A DNA stretch of 54,905 nucleotides from an uncultured delta proteobacterium (GCA_963803975.1 CAWDOY010000057.1:1-54905); one strand, 5' to 3'. Counted from the first letter of the stretch, positions 43,081-52,907 are shown. The notes: generated by a model not told the origin, from the letters alone. Numbers and translations are program-made.

Positions 43081-44822
43081 ATGAAAAGAAAAATAATACT
43101 TGGACTTTGCCTTCTCTTTTTGTTGTTACTTCCTTACACAGTGAAGGCAGAAACAATTATTCTTTCCACTGATAAGGATACCTATATAGATAAGTATTAC
43201 CCTGCTCAGAACTTTGGACAGAAATGGAATGTGCTGGTCAGCGGCTCTCCAGTTTCAAAACTGGCTAATGGGTTATTCCACTTTGATTTTACTGCTCTTC
43301 CTGATACCGCGGTCATTAAAAATGCGAAATTAACGTTTCTTGTCCATGCCAATCATTCAACAACAAAGTATTTTATCCACCCTTGACAACTTTCTGGCAG
43401 GAAGATGCTGCTACATGGAATCTGTCTGAAACCGGAATAAATTGGGGGACACCCGGCGGAGATTATGACCCGGCTCTTTTTTGTGAAACCGCTCTGCCGG
43501 GAACAACGCCACAGTGGAGTGTGACGGACGTTACCTCCCTTGTCAGTGACCAGCAGGGTTATCTAAGACAAGGCATTGCTGATAATGGACTTTTGATACG
43601 GGGAGACGCAGGATACAATAAAATTCTCTCGTCCGAGTTCAGCACCTATGACAACGCCATGACCTGCCACTCCTGCCATGGAACAAATGACCCTTCGCGC
43701 GACGTGGGCAAGTCAACAAACTGCGCTCAGTGCCACTCGCAGGGTGATATTCGACTTGCAGGAGAGCCGACACTGATCGTCGACTATGAGCCCATGCTGT
43801 TTGAGTTTGTGCAGGTATCGGATACTCATATAGGGAAATCACCTCAGCAGACAACTAATCTTATCAATGCAGTAACGCAGATAAATACCATAAACCCCGC
43901 ATTTGTGCTTTTCAGCGGAGACCTGACCGACAGCGGAAGCATTGAACAATATACCACCTTTAAAACAACGGTCTCTAATCTCTCAATGCCCTATTACTGT
44001 GTGCCGGGAGATAATGATATTGTTGACGGCGAGGGTGACTTGCAGCGCTACCGTGACCAATTGGGTAATGATTATTTTGCTCTTGATTACCAGGGTTTTA
44101 AATTTATCGGGCTCAATAACAACCTGTACCTTTCCCTTGATCAGACTCAGCGTCAATGGTTTGAGCAAGAGCTTCAGAAGGGGAAACCTGAAATTATTTT
44201 TGCCCATAAGCCGCTTCTGGATTATGAAAACAACTTTGTGCCTTTTGCCGACGCACAACAGTTGTTAAATCTTTTTGATGCTTATGATGTGGTTATGTAT
44301 ATGAGTGGTCATTGGCATGAGTCAGCAGAATATACCAGCAATAACACGCACCATATCTGGTGCGATAATTTAAGTTTTGCCCACCTGGGAGACCGGTATA
44401 ACCTTTACCGGGTATATGCAGACCACATCGCGCTCTATCATGTGGACTTGCGCGATGGTTCTGAGACTTTTGCAGGTAGTTTTCCCATAAACCGGGCATC
44501 TACCCTTGTTACATTATCATCTTTGCAGGCAATACCTTCAAATCGCAACGTTACCATACGCTGGGTTACCGAGTCTGAGATAGATAATGCAGGCTTTAAT
44601 ATTTACCGCACCACAACGAATGGTGAGACCGTCAAATTAAATAAAAATATGATTGCGGCACAGGGATCCGCAGCAGCCGGGGTGGTATATGAATTTGCGG
44701 ATACCACGGTTGAAAACCGCAAGACATATTCATACCAGCTGGAAGACATTGACATAAACGGTATGGCGCGATTACATGGGCCGGTAACAGCGACGCCGCG
44801 GCTTCTGTACATATTTAAATGA
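43081..44822 (+). CDS. Secreted DNRLRE-like + diheme + calcineurin-like metallophosphoesterase + FN3-like C-terminal domain protein (frameshift ~43383)
   Basis: DKDTYID; CHSCH and CAQCH; SDTH, GDLT, PGDND, AHKP and SGHWH; ...ATPRLLYIFK. Confidence 0.8.
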
Positions 44823-44832
44823 GAGGGTACCA

Positions 44833-46414
44833 GTGAAAAATAATTGCTGCTGGCGCGGCAAAACAGTGACGGGAACTGCGCTGCTGCTCTCTCTCTTGTT
44901 TCTCTCTGGATTTTTCGGCTGTACGCCATTTTCAGATGATGCTCAGGTTCAGGTAGCTACTGCTGTTAATGAGTTTAAGCCCTTTTCTTCGCCGCCCCGC
45001 GCTGTTGCCTGCGGCCCCTATTCGCTGAACGTGAAGACTGACAGCGCGGTTATCGCCTGGGAAGAAAAAATCTTGGGTGATACCCTGCGGCATGTAGAGG
45101 TGTCCGGTTTCCGGGCTTTCAGCGGGGACAGAATATGTTTACCGGGTTAATGGCGCTAAAAAAGATGGCCGCCTGGTAACCGCCCCCGCAGACGCTACAC
45201 CCTTCAGTTTTTTTATTGTGAGTGATACGCGCGGCGGTGCCGCAATAGCCAGCCAAATCTCAGAACAGATGATTGCCCTTGATCCTGAGGCCGCATTTGT
45301 TATCCATGCCGGGGACATGGTAATGGATCAGGACAGCCAGGAAAGCTGGCAGGCTGACTGGTGGATCCCGCTGTCAGACCTTCTGCTTAATTTTTCAGTG
45401 TATCCTGTCATGGGTAATCACGAGGAGGGCTCTGCCTGGTATCCCCGCTACTTTTCAAGCCTTGGCGGGAAAGGAATTAACTATTCATTTAACCGGGGGC
45501 GGGTCCATGTCGTGGTCCTGGACGTAAATCAGGAAAGCTTCATCACCGGGGAATTTCTGGAGTGGCTTACCAATGACCTGCAAGAACACCGGGATGCTGA
45601 TTTCATTGTGGTCTGCCATCATCTGCCGGCGTATGCGGCTAATCCGGACGGTGATAGCGGCACCGGTTATATTCAGGACAAACTGGTGCCGCTCTATGAG
45701 CAGTACGGGGTCAAACTGGTGCTGAGCGGCGACGTGCACTGCTATCAGCATAACCTGAAAAATAATATCCACTACCTCATTTCCGCAGGCGGCGGCTCAC
45801 GGCTCTATGACCACGGGCTCCCGCTTGAAGGCATGACCCTGGGCTTGTCTAAGAGCTACAACTTCATCCGTTGCCGGGTGCAGGATAGATTGATGCAGGT
45901 CACTGCCCATGATATTGCCGGTGATGTGCTTGATAACTTTGAGCTTGCTGCAGACAGTTCCTCCGAGATTACCGCCCGGATCATCGCTCAGTCAGACAAG
46001 TCCGAGGTGCAGCGGGGTGAGCAATTCAGGACTGATTTTTTTATCGAAGGCGCGGCTGACCTGGATACGGTTTCTTTCACCCTGGAATACTATAAAGACA
46101 CACCGCCCAATGCCCTGCTTACGGTCGTGGATGCAGAGCCCCTGACTGAAGGAGTGCAGATCGAGGAAGGATTGCTGGGCGGCGTGGTGACCGCCAATAG
46201 TGCGGATAACACCAAAGGAATAATTACCTATGGAGAAGACAGAATAGGCGGCCTTTCCGCTTCTAAAGTAAAGGTTGCCTCAATACTGTTTACCGTGCCG
46301 GAAGATGAACCGATCACAGCATTCTATCTTGTTCCAAAATTTTTTCTGCATGACACATCCGGCAGAGAAATTCCCAGCTTTATGGGTGGAGTCAAGGTCA
46401 CCATAAAAAAGTAA
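44833..46414 (+). CDS. Purple acid phosphatase-like metallophosphoesterase lipoprotein with cohesin-like C-terminal domain (frameshifted)
   Basis: Lipoprotein-like signal (LSGFFGC); GPY...VIAWE; SDTR, HAGDMV, MGNHE, CHHLP, SGDVHCYQ and SAGGG. Confidence 0.75.
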
Positions 46415-46432
46415 ATAATCCGGATCAGCGCA

Positions 46433-48115
46433 ATGATTGACATAATGAGATCTAAAAACAGCTGGAAACATATTGCCGGCAGCCTGCTGCTCGCAGGATG
46501 TCTGCTTCTGAGCTTCGCCGGTCTTCCCGGCGCTGCAACCTATCAGTGTGTCCAGGATACCTATATTGACACCGCATACCCGGATGATAATTTCGGCGGC
46601 GGCGACCGCCTGCTTATCTCCAACACCGCCAATCCTACCCGCGTATTGATGAAATTCGCCATTCCCTCGTGGGTCGATACCGCAAACATCAGGCAGGGAT
46701 CACTGGTTTTCTACAGTGCGCCGTGGACCGGCGGCGCAGGCGGCACCGTTGATTTTGACGTGTATGCTCTGACCCGTATATGGACGGAAGGGTTTCCTGA
46801 TAACGGCGCTACCTGGAACCAGTATACTTTTGATACGGACCGAAGAAAAAACCAGTGGACCAGCCCGGGCGGAGATTATGATGAAAGCCTGCATGCAGCG
46901 GGCACGTTTCCCTCAGGCAATGACTGGGGACCTTTTTCCATTGATGTAACTGAATTGTTAAAAAAACGGCTGAGCAATCTGCGCGACTATGGTTTTCTGG
47001 TCAGGCACCCGCGTGAAGATGCGGCGGGAGGCTGGCAGAATTTTGCGAGCAGGGATTCAACCGGGTATGACCCGCCCCGGTATCCGCAACTGGAAATAGA
47101 GTTTATTGAGCCCCCGCCGAACACACCGCCTGATGCACCAGCAAGTCCCGCGCCGGGTAACAATGAAACCGGCGTGCTGCTGACCCCGACGCTAAGCTGG
47201 AGCGGAGGCGACCCGGACCCGGACAATACCCTGACCTATGATGTGTACTTCGGCCTTAAGGGAGCGCTGACCCTTGTCTCTTCCGGCCAGGTAGCGGCCA
47301 CATATCTGCCCGGCGCGCTGCAGCTTGCTGCCACCTATGAATGGAAGGTGGTTGCCCGGGATAATTACGGCGCTGAAACTTCCGGCCCGATGTGGAGCTT
47401 CAGTACCATTACGAGCGGCATAGCATCAGTTTCCCCGGCAAGCGGGTCGCCTTTCTATTTTCAGGATAAAAACTATTTTCCCCGTCCTGTTCTGATGAAT
47501 ATCAAGGGCGCAGGGACCGCCTTCCGGTTTTCGCAGTCAAAAGTTTCATTCAATGATGAAGGTATCAGGGTCCTGTTCTGCCTGCCGGTTTCGCCGACCG
47601 AGCTGTGGGCAGCAGTAATTATTGAGGAAACAGCACTACTCGGCCTGCATGATGTTATTGTTACCACCGGAGAAGAAACAGCAGTCGGCATCGCGCTCTT
47701 CGAGGTTAAAAAATGCTGGCGCGGTACTGAACAGATAACCGTGAAGCACAATGCTGATTCTGCGGCAGTGCAGCTGCGCGGGCTGCCCATGTACAGCTTC
47801 AAGAACAAGGAATCGATTCGTTTTTCGGACATCGTTGAAAAAGCCGGCATCCCCGCCCATCCTGAAAACTATTTTTACAACCTCATATCAAATGATAATT
47901 ATTCCCTGGAACGGGGTATAATCCTCGGCGGCTGGTCAACAGGACTGCCTACCTGGGCGGACATGCAAAAAGGGTATCTCTATCTCACAAAATCGTCCGG
48001 TCTGCTTGCCGGATGGGACCCTGAGACGGTACCGGGACGAATCGGGAGCAGTTACAATGCGAAATTCATGGAAGGAGGCATAATTGAAGTTCGGGAACAG
48101 GATATCATCAAGTAA
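46433..48115 (+). CDS. Secreted DNRLRE-like + FN3-like multidomain protein
   Basis: Signal peptide; QDTYID...GGDYD...NFASRD...PQLEI; PTLSWSGGDPD...YDVYFG...YEWKVVARD. Confidence 0.8.
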   Translation: MIDIMRSKNSWKHIAGSLLLAGCLLLSFAGLPGAATYQCVQDTYIDTAYPDDNFGGGDRLLISNTANPTRVLMKFAIPSWVDTANIRQGSLVFYSAPWTGGAGGTVDFDVYALTRIWTEGFPDNGATWNQYTFDTDRRKNQWTSPGGDYDESLHAAGTFPSGNDWGPFSIDVTELLKKRLSNLRDYGFLVRHPREDAAGGWQNFASRDSTGYDPPRYPQLEIEFIEPPPNTPPDAPASPAPGNNETGVLLTPTLSWSGGDPDPDNTLTYDVYFGLKGALTLVSSGQVAATYLPGALQLAATYEWKVVARDNYGAETSGPMWSFSTITSGIASVSPASGSPFYFQDKNYFPRPVLMNIKGAGTAFRFSQSKVSFNDEGIRVLFCLPVSPTELWAAVIIEETALLGLHDVIVTTGEETAVGIALFEVKKCWRGTEQITVKHNADSAAVQLRGLPMYSFKNKESIRFSDIVEKAGIPAHPENYFYNLISNDNYSLERGIILGGWSTGLPTWADMQKGYLYLTKSSGLLAGWDPETVPGRIGSSYNAKFMEGGIIEVREQDIIK

Positions 48116-49148
48116 AGAGCTGAGAAAAAATACCCGGCGCACGGGAGGTTTTTTATTAATCCTCGTCACGCTGTGCGTACTGTTGCACAGCGGCGCTGCA
48201 CAGGCGGAAAAGATAATCTGCCCGGCTGCGGCTGATGTATATATCGATGAATGGTACCCGGATGAGAATTTTAATTATAAGACACGGGTGGTGGTTGCAA
48301 CCAACAAGAATATCCACCATGGAATAGCACGGGGGCTATATTATTTTGATATTCCTGCCGACCTGGCGGCCGCCCGGATCAAGAGCGCAGCTATCTATCT
48401 TGCTTCATGCACAAACTGCGGCGGCGGCAACGGCGGAGTGGTGGGCTTTTATGCCCTGAATAAGCCGTTTGATGAGGCAGCTGATACCTGGAGCTCGCTG
48501 GAAGGAGGGGATTGGGATAATTCCATATATACACAGGCAACTCTCCCCAAGGGAAATGACTGGAACCAGGGGGTGAGTGGTCAACTTCCCCCGGATGCAA
48601 AGGGCTTTGATATTACCGTCCTCCTCCGGGACAACCTGAACAAGGTACGGACTAACGGCATCATGATGCGGTTTGTTGACGAGCACCAGGAACCATTCAC
48701 CCACCAGAACGTTGCCTCACGGGAGTCGCAGGACCCGCTTGATTTCCCTCCCCAGATAATAATTCAAACAGAGGAGCCGCTCTGCCCGGCAGAGGTCATG
48801 CTCGGAGAGGACCGGCAGGCACTTTCCCTGCTGCGGAAGTTCCGCGACCAAGAGCTCGCAAAAACTCCTGCGGGCAGAAAGTGCATTGCGCTCTATTACC
48901 GCCATGCTGCTGAAATCTCTACCCTGCTGGTCACTGATGAGGATTTAAGAAGGAAGACCTCCGCGGCGCTGCCGGTTCTGCTGGCAGCTGTCAGGTGCAG
49001 ACTTGAAAAGCGCCCGGCCGGTAATCTCCGCGATATGGATACTGCCCTCCATAATCTAATTAATTCGTTTATGGTAAAAGCCGGCCCGCAGCTGCGAAAG
49101 GATATTGCTGCCATAAACGCCGCCCTTTTTGCTGCAAAGGGACCGTGA
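48084..49148 (+). CDS. Secreted DNRLRE-like protein with CFI-box-CTERM-like C-terminal domain (start approximate)
   Basis: ADVYID...ARGLYYFDIP...QNVASRE; CPAE...LRKFRD-EL--TPAG--CI-LYY. Confidence 0.75.
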   Translation: MKFGNRISSSKELRKNTRRTGGFLLILVTLCVLLHSGAAQAEKIICPAAADVYIDEWYPDENFNYKTRVVVATNKNIHHGIARGLYYFDIPADLAAARIKSAAIYLASCTNCGGGNGGVVGFYALNKPFDEAADTWSSLEGGDWDNSIYTQATLPKGNDWNQGVSGQLPPDAKGFDITVLLRDNLNKVRTNGIMMRFVDEHQEPFTHQNVASRESQDPLDFPPQIIIQTEEPLCPAEVMLGEDRQALSLLRKFRDQELAKTPAGRKCIALYYRHAAEISTLLVTDEDLRRKTSAALPVLLAAVRCRLEKRPAGNLRDMDTALHNLINSFMVKAGPQLRKDIAAINAALFAAKGP

Positions 49149-49186
49149 GAATTCCGGTTCTCCCGGCGGGCCGCCTGCAGCAATAA

Positions 49187-49215
49187 TTGACTCCGGGTTT
49201 TAAATAGTATATAAA
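49187..49215 (+). promoter_or_regulatory. Sigma70-type promoter
   Basis: TTGACT-17 nt-TATAAA. Confidence 0.5.
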
Positions 49216-49228
49216 AGAATCAGAACAC

Positions 49229-49260
49229 AGCCAGTTTGAAATTTACGACTGGCTTTTTTT
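49229..49260 (+). terminator. Rho-independent terminator
   Basis: AGCCAGT-loop-ACTGGCTTTTTTT. Confidence 0.7.
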
Positions 49261-49269
49261 GATTGTAGC

Positions 49270-49427
49270 CTAACAGGTTGTTGAAAAAGTAATCTTTTAC
49301 AGGCTGGTCAAAAACATCCAGATGCAAGGCACGCGAAATCCTGAGGAATGAGTCGTACTTTCTGGTACGTCGCAATGACGAAGGATGAGCGCAACGCAGC
49401 AGATGGGTGTTTTTCAACAGCCTGATA
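49270..49427 (-). mobile_element. MITE-like element, uninterrupted copy
   Basis: TIRs TAACAGGTTGTTGAAAAA / TTTTTCAACAGCCTGATA; homologous to the 34260-34563 and 10347-10412 copies. Confidence 0.75.
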
Positions 49428-49448
49428 ATGTAAAAGGAATGTACTGCC

Positions 49449-50174
49449 ATGCGCGTTTACGTTGGTTTTGATGATACGGACACGGTTGATGCTGACCGCG
49501 GCACCGGAAAACTGGCCCGCTGGTTTGAACAAGAACTCCCCGAAGGCTGCACCCTTTGGGGCGTGGTGCGCCAGCAGCTTCTGGTGGACCCGGCCATTCC
49601 CTACACCTCCCACAACAGTTCAGCCTGCGCCGTGGTAGAAGTACCCGATTCTTCCTACACTAAAATACTTATTGGGAAGGCCGCTGAACACATTAAGCGG
49701 TTTTTTATTTCCGGCAGCGATCCGGGGCTTTGTGTTGCCGCAGATGGTAACGGGTCTTTTGCAAGGCTCATTTCATTCGGCAAACTGTGCGCAACCAGTA
49801 TCGTTTCGCAGAAAGCTGCTCTGCAGGCTGCCGCCGGAGTACATCTTTCCGGTCATGGCGGCACCAATGACGGTATTATCGGTGCTGCAGCAGGAGTTGG
49901 ATTGACTGCTTCGGGCTGGAGCGGCAGGTTTATTGAGTTTAAACGGCTGCGTGATTTGCCCGAGCTGGTCCGTGTCGCTGATTTAGAGCAGGCAGGCATC
50001 GTCGTGGTATCAGTCGACCGCGATGCGCCAATGCCGGGGCCGGACGACATGGTGGAAACCAAGGGGATGGCTGCGGCCGCGGCTCTGGGGCGCTCGTCCG
50101 ACTTTGCCGGTGACGGCTGCAGAAAAGAACCTGTGGCACGCGCTGGCCCAAGAAAAACGCAGGGACAAAAATAA
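49449..50174 (+). CDS. TiaS-N/DUF1743-like protein (3' end approximate, frameshifted)
   Basis: VGFDDTD...RGTGKLAR, RQQLLVDP-IPYTSHNSSAC, SDPGLC and GTNDGIIGAAAGVGL. Confidence 0.7.
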   Translation: MRVYVGFDDTDTVDADRGTGKLARWFEQELPEGCTLWGVVRQQLLVDPAIPYTSHNSSACAVVEVPDSSYTKILIGKAAEHIKRFFISGSDPGLCVAADGNGSFARLISFGKLCATSIVSQKAALQAAAGVHLSGHGGTNDGIIGAAAGVGLTASGWSGRFIEFKRLRDLPELVRVADLEQAGIVVVSVDRDAPMPGPDDMVETKGMAAAAALGRSSDFAGDGCRKEPVARAGPRKTQGQK

Positions 50175-50189
50175 ACAGGAGGACTATCC

Positions 50190-50411
50190 ATGGCAGCAAA
50201 AATATTTTACCGGGAACGAGTGAAAATCGGCGAAGGTGATAAGCAGCCCCGATTTAAACTGGTTGCCATTGCAGGCATTGATATGAAACTCTACGGCAAG
50301 CATTTACGCAAGAGCGAACTTAAGCAGATTGCAGATGCAATCGGCGCTGAACTGGTTTTGCTTAAGGGTGGGGACAAGAAAAAGGGCGAAGACGTTTCTG
50401 TGGGTGATTGA
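50190..50411 (+). CDS. Small hypothetical protein
   Basis: Strong RBS AGGAGG, 73 aa, operon context. Confidence 0.7.
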   Translation: MAAKIFYRERVKIGEGDKQPRFKLVAIAGIDMKLYGKHLRKSELKQIADAIGAELVLLKGGDKKKGEDVSVGD

Positions 50412-50467
50412 GCGGGCGCAGGCATCGTATAGTTTATACATAACCCGTATATAGAGAGACATACTGT

Positions 50468-51297
50468 ATGGCACTGCTTCGGGACCGTGACGGTCGTCGT
50501 TTACATGTAAAAAGCAGGCTGATGGGGGAAAGCCTGGTCAGCAGGAAGCTCATCGAAACCCTCGAAATAGCGCCGCAGCAGCGGCTTTTCCCGGATGTGA
50601 CAATTTTAAAGATCGGCGGTCAGTCTATCTGCGACCGCGGGAAAAAAGCGCTGCCGGGTGTCATCAGGGAAATAGCTGCGAACAAGAAAAAGCACAAGAT
50701 GCTGCTGGTGACCGGAGGCGGGACGCGCAGCCGTCACATCTATGCCATAGGCTTAGAGCTTGGCATGCCCACCGGGGTCATCGCCAAGTTCGGCAGTTCC
50801 ATCTCTGAACAGAACGCGCTTTTGGTTTCCATGCTGCTTTCACCCTGGGGCGGGATCAAGATCGGCCATGACGAGATAGTTAAGCTACCGACATATTTTA
50901 CTCAAGGGTGCATTCCGGTCATGCACGGCATGCCGCCCTATGACTATTTTGCCATCCCTCCTGCAAAAGGACGGATACCTATCCACCGGACAGACGTGGG
51001 TACCATTATCCTTGCCGACCTGATCGGCGCAAAGAATTGTATATTTGTTAAAGATGAAAAGGGGCTGTACACCGATGACCCCAAGAAAAACCCTAAAGCT
51101 GTGTTTATTCCCCGGATCGGGGTAAAAGAGCTTTTAAAAAAGATCTGGACGATCTCATCATAGAGCGGCCCTGCCTTGAAATTTTACAGAACAGTGAAGT
51201 TATAAAACAGATTCAAATCATTAACGGTCTTGAGAAAGGAGCCATAACAAAAGCTCTCAACGGAGAGAAGGTGGGAACTGTTATTTATAAGGAATAA
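50468..51297 (+). CDS. Molybdenum storage protein (MosA/MosB)-like, amino-acid kinase fold (frameshift near 3' end)
   Basis: LMGESL, KIGGQSICDRG, TGGGTRSRH, EQNA, GMPPY, IP-HRTD, KDEKGLYT-DP, DLIIER and INGL--G...GE-VGT-I. Confidence 0.8.
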
Positions 51298-51337
51298 CCA
51301 ATTTCTAACCGTTGCTATAAAAATTTTCCAGCCTGAA

Positions 51338-51460
51338 CTATCCCTCCTCACCTTCAGCCAGTATTTCATCCTTCATATCTTCAGGTGCCGGCATAAAATA
51401 GCGCTGCGCAATGATGGTCGGCACTACTGCGGAAAGAATAAATGTTGCTGTGACGCACCA
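51338..51460 (-). pseudogene. Possible C-terminal remnant of a cation:proton antiporter
   Basis: ...ILSAVVPTIIAQRYFMP...EGEEG* resembles the C-terminus of CPA-family antiporters. No upstream body before corA. Confidence 0.35.
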
Positions 51461-51474
51461 GGTCGACCGTACAA

Positions 51475-52544
51475 TCACAACCATTTCCGTTTTCTGAAAA
51501 AATAGAGCATGAAGCAAGCGACTGATATCATTATGGTAAGAACAAACGGATACCCCCATTGCCATTCCAGCTCAGGCATATATTTGAAATTCATCCCATA
51601 GAGGCCGGCGAGAAAGGTGAGGGGGATAAAAATAGTGGCGATAATGGTCAAAACTTTCATCACCTGGTTCAGCCGGTTGCTGAGCGATGAAAGATAGATA
51701 TCAAGCATGCTGGAAAGCATTTCCCTGAACGTCTCAATGGTATCTATGATCTGCACCACATGATCATAAATATCCCGCAGATAAATCTCTGTTGACTCTT
51801 TTATCAAGTCTGATTCCCGCTTCGCGAGCGCGGCAACGACTTCGCGCAGGGGCCAGATGCAGCGTCTGTATATAGAGCATCTCCCGTTTGAAATAGTGTA
51901 TTTTTTGCAGGGTTTCCGGTTTGGGGTCGGTAACAACTTCTTCTTCAAGAAGCTCGATCTGCTCCCCCAGCTTCTCAAGAACGGCAAAGTAATTATCCAC
52001 TATGCCGTCCAGCATTGGAATAGGCAAGATAATCAGCCCCCATTTTGCGTATCTTTCCCTTGCTGCCCCTGATGCGCTGCCGCAGCGGCTCAAACACATC
52101 ACCCTTGATCCCCTCCTGGAACGAAAAAACAAAGTTGTTCCCGAGGATGAGGCTCACCTGCTCGGACACGATATCAGTGCCCTGGTCGTTGTAGTGGAGC
52201 ATTTTGAGAACTATAAAGATATAATTCTCCATGTCATCAATTTTGGGACGCTGGTCACTGTTCAGGATATCTTCCAGGGTCAGCGGATGAATTTCATAAC
52301 ATGCCCCCAGCTTTTCAATGAGATGTATATCATGAATGCCCTCAAGATTAATCCAGGTGACCGTGGGCTTGTCTTTTAATAAAAAGCATTCTTCGATCTT
52401 GTGCAGCGTTTCTTCCCGCAGCTCAGTTTCACTGTAGTCAATGACCGTGACCCCGGTGATATCCACGGTCTTTTCCCCGATGTGCACGAGCGTGCCCGGC
52501 GCCATCCAGGCCTTTTTTGAGCGCTTTTTGGTATATCGTTTCAT
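51475..52544 (-). CDS. corA: Magnesium/cobalt transporter CorA (frameshifted)
   Basis: HPLTLEDI--QRPK, EQVS, YLRDIYDH and LYGMNFKYMPEL-W-WGYP. Confidence 0.93.
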
Positions 52545-52606
52545 AGAATCCTCACTGAACTATCCGGCATTGTAAAAGAGCGGAAAAACTGTTAGCTGCA
52601 GCTTCA

Positions 52607-52690
52607 TCCGTGACCCGTGCTCGAGGCCGTGGCTCGTGAGTTCGTGGTTCGTGGTTCGAGTCACGGGTCGCTGGCCACTGGTCACGACCT
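52607..52690. repeat. Degenerate heptamer tandem repeat with inverted symmetry
   Basis: ccgtgac ccgtgct ... cgtggtt cgtggtt cgagtca cgggtcg ... ctggtca cg. Confidence 0.55.
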
Positions 52691-52907
52691 TCAATCTGCA
52701 ATTTCTTTGTGCTTTTTCCCCGGTTCGCCAATTATACTATATCCGCTGTCCCGGCACTAAAGAAATATTTTCAGAAACGCGACCAGGCTCTGTTACTGTT
52801 TGAAAATATGAGTTGCACCATGATATATTGTCCGGGCAGCCGCCTATGCTACATCTGCCGGCATAGCACTATACTGACAATAAATAAATCAAATTATTTT
52901 TGCATTC

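Noticed and set aside
43381..43390. TGA read-through (Sec) at ORF ends such as 43386, 41176 and 36086
   Set aside because: Homology continues in a different frame each time, so these are indels rather than recoded stops.
49449..50174. True tRNA(Ile2) agmatidine synthetase
   Set aside because: Too short; lacks the OB-fold and Zn-ribbon tRNA-binding domains, and the context is bacterial.
50468..51297. UMP kinase (pyrH)
   Set aside because: KIGGQS, GMPPY and IP-HRTD motifs plus context fit the Mo-storage-like branch; no tsf/frr neighbours.
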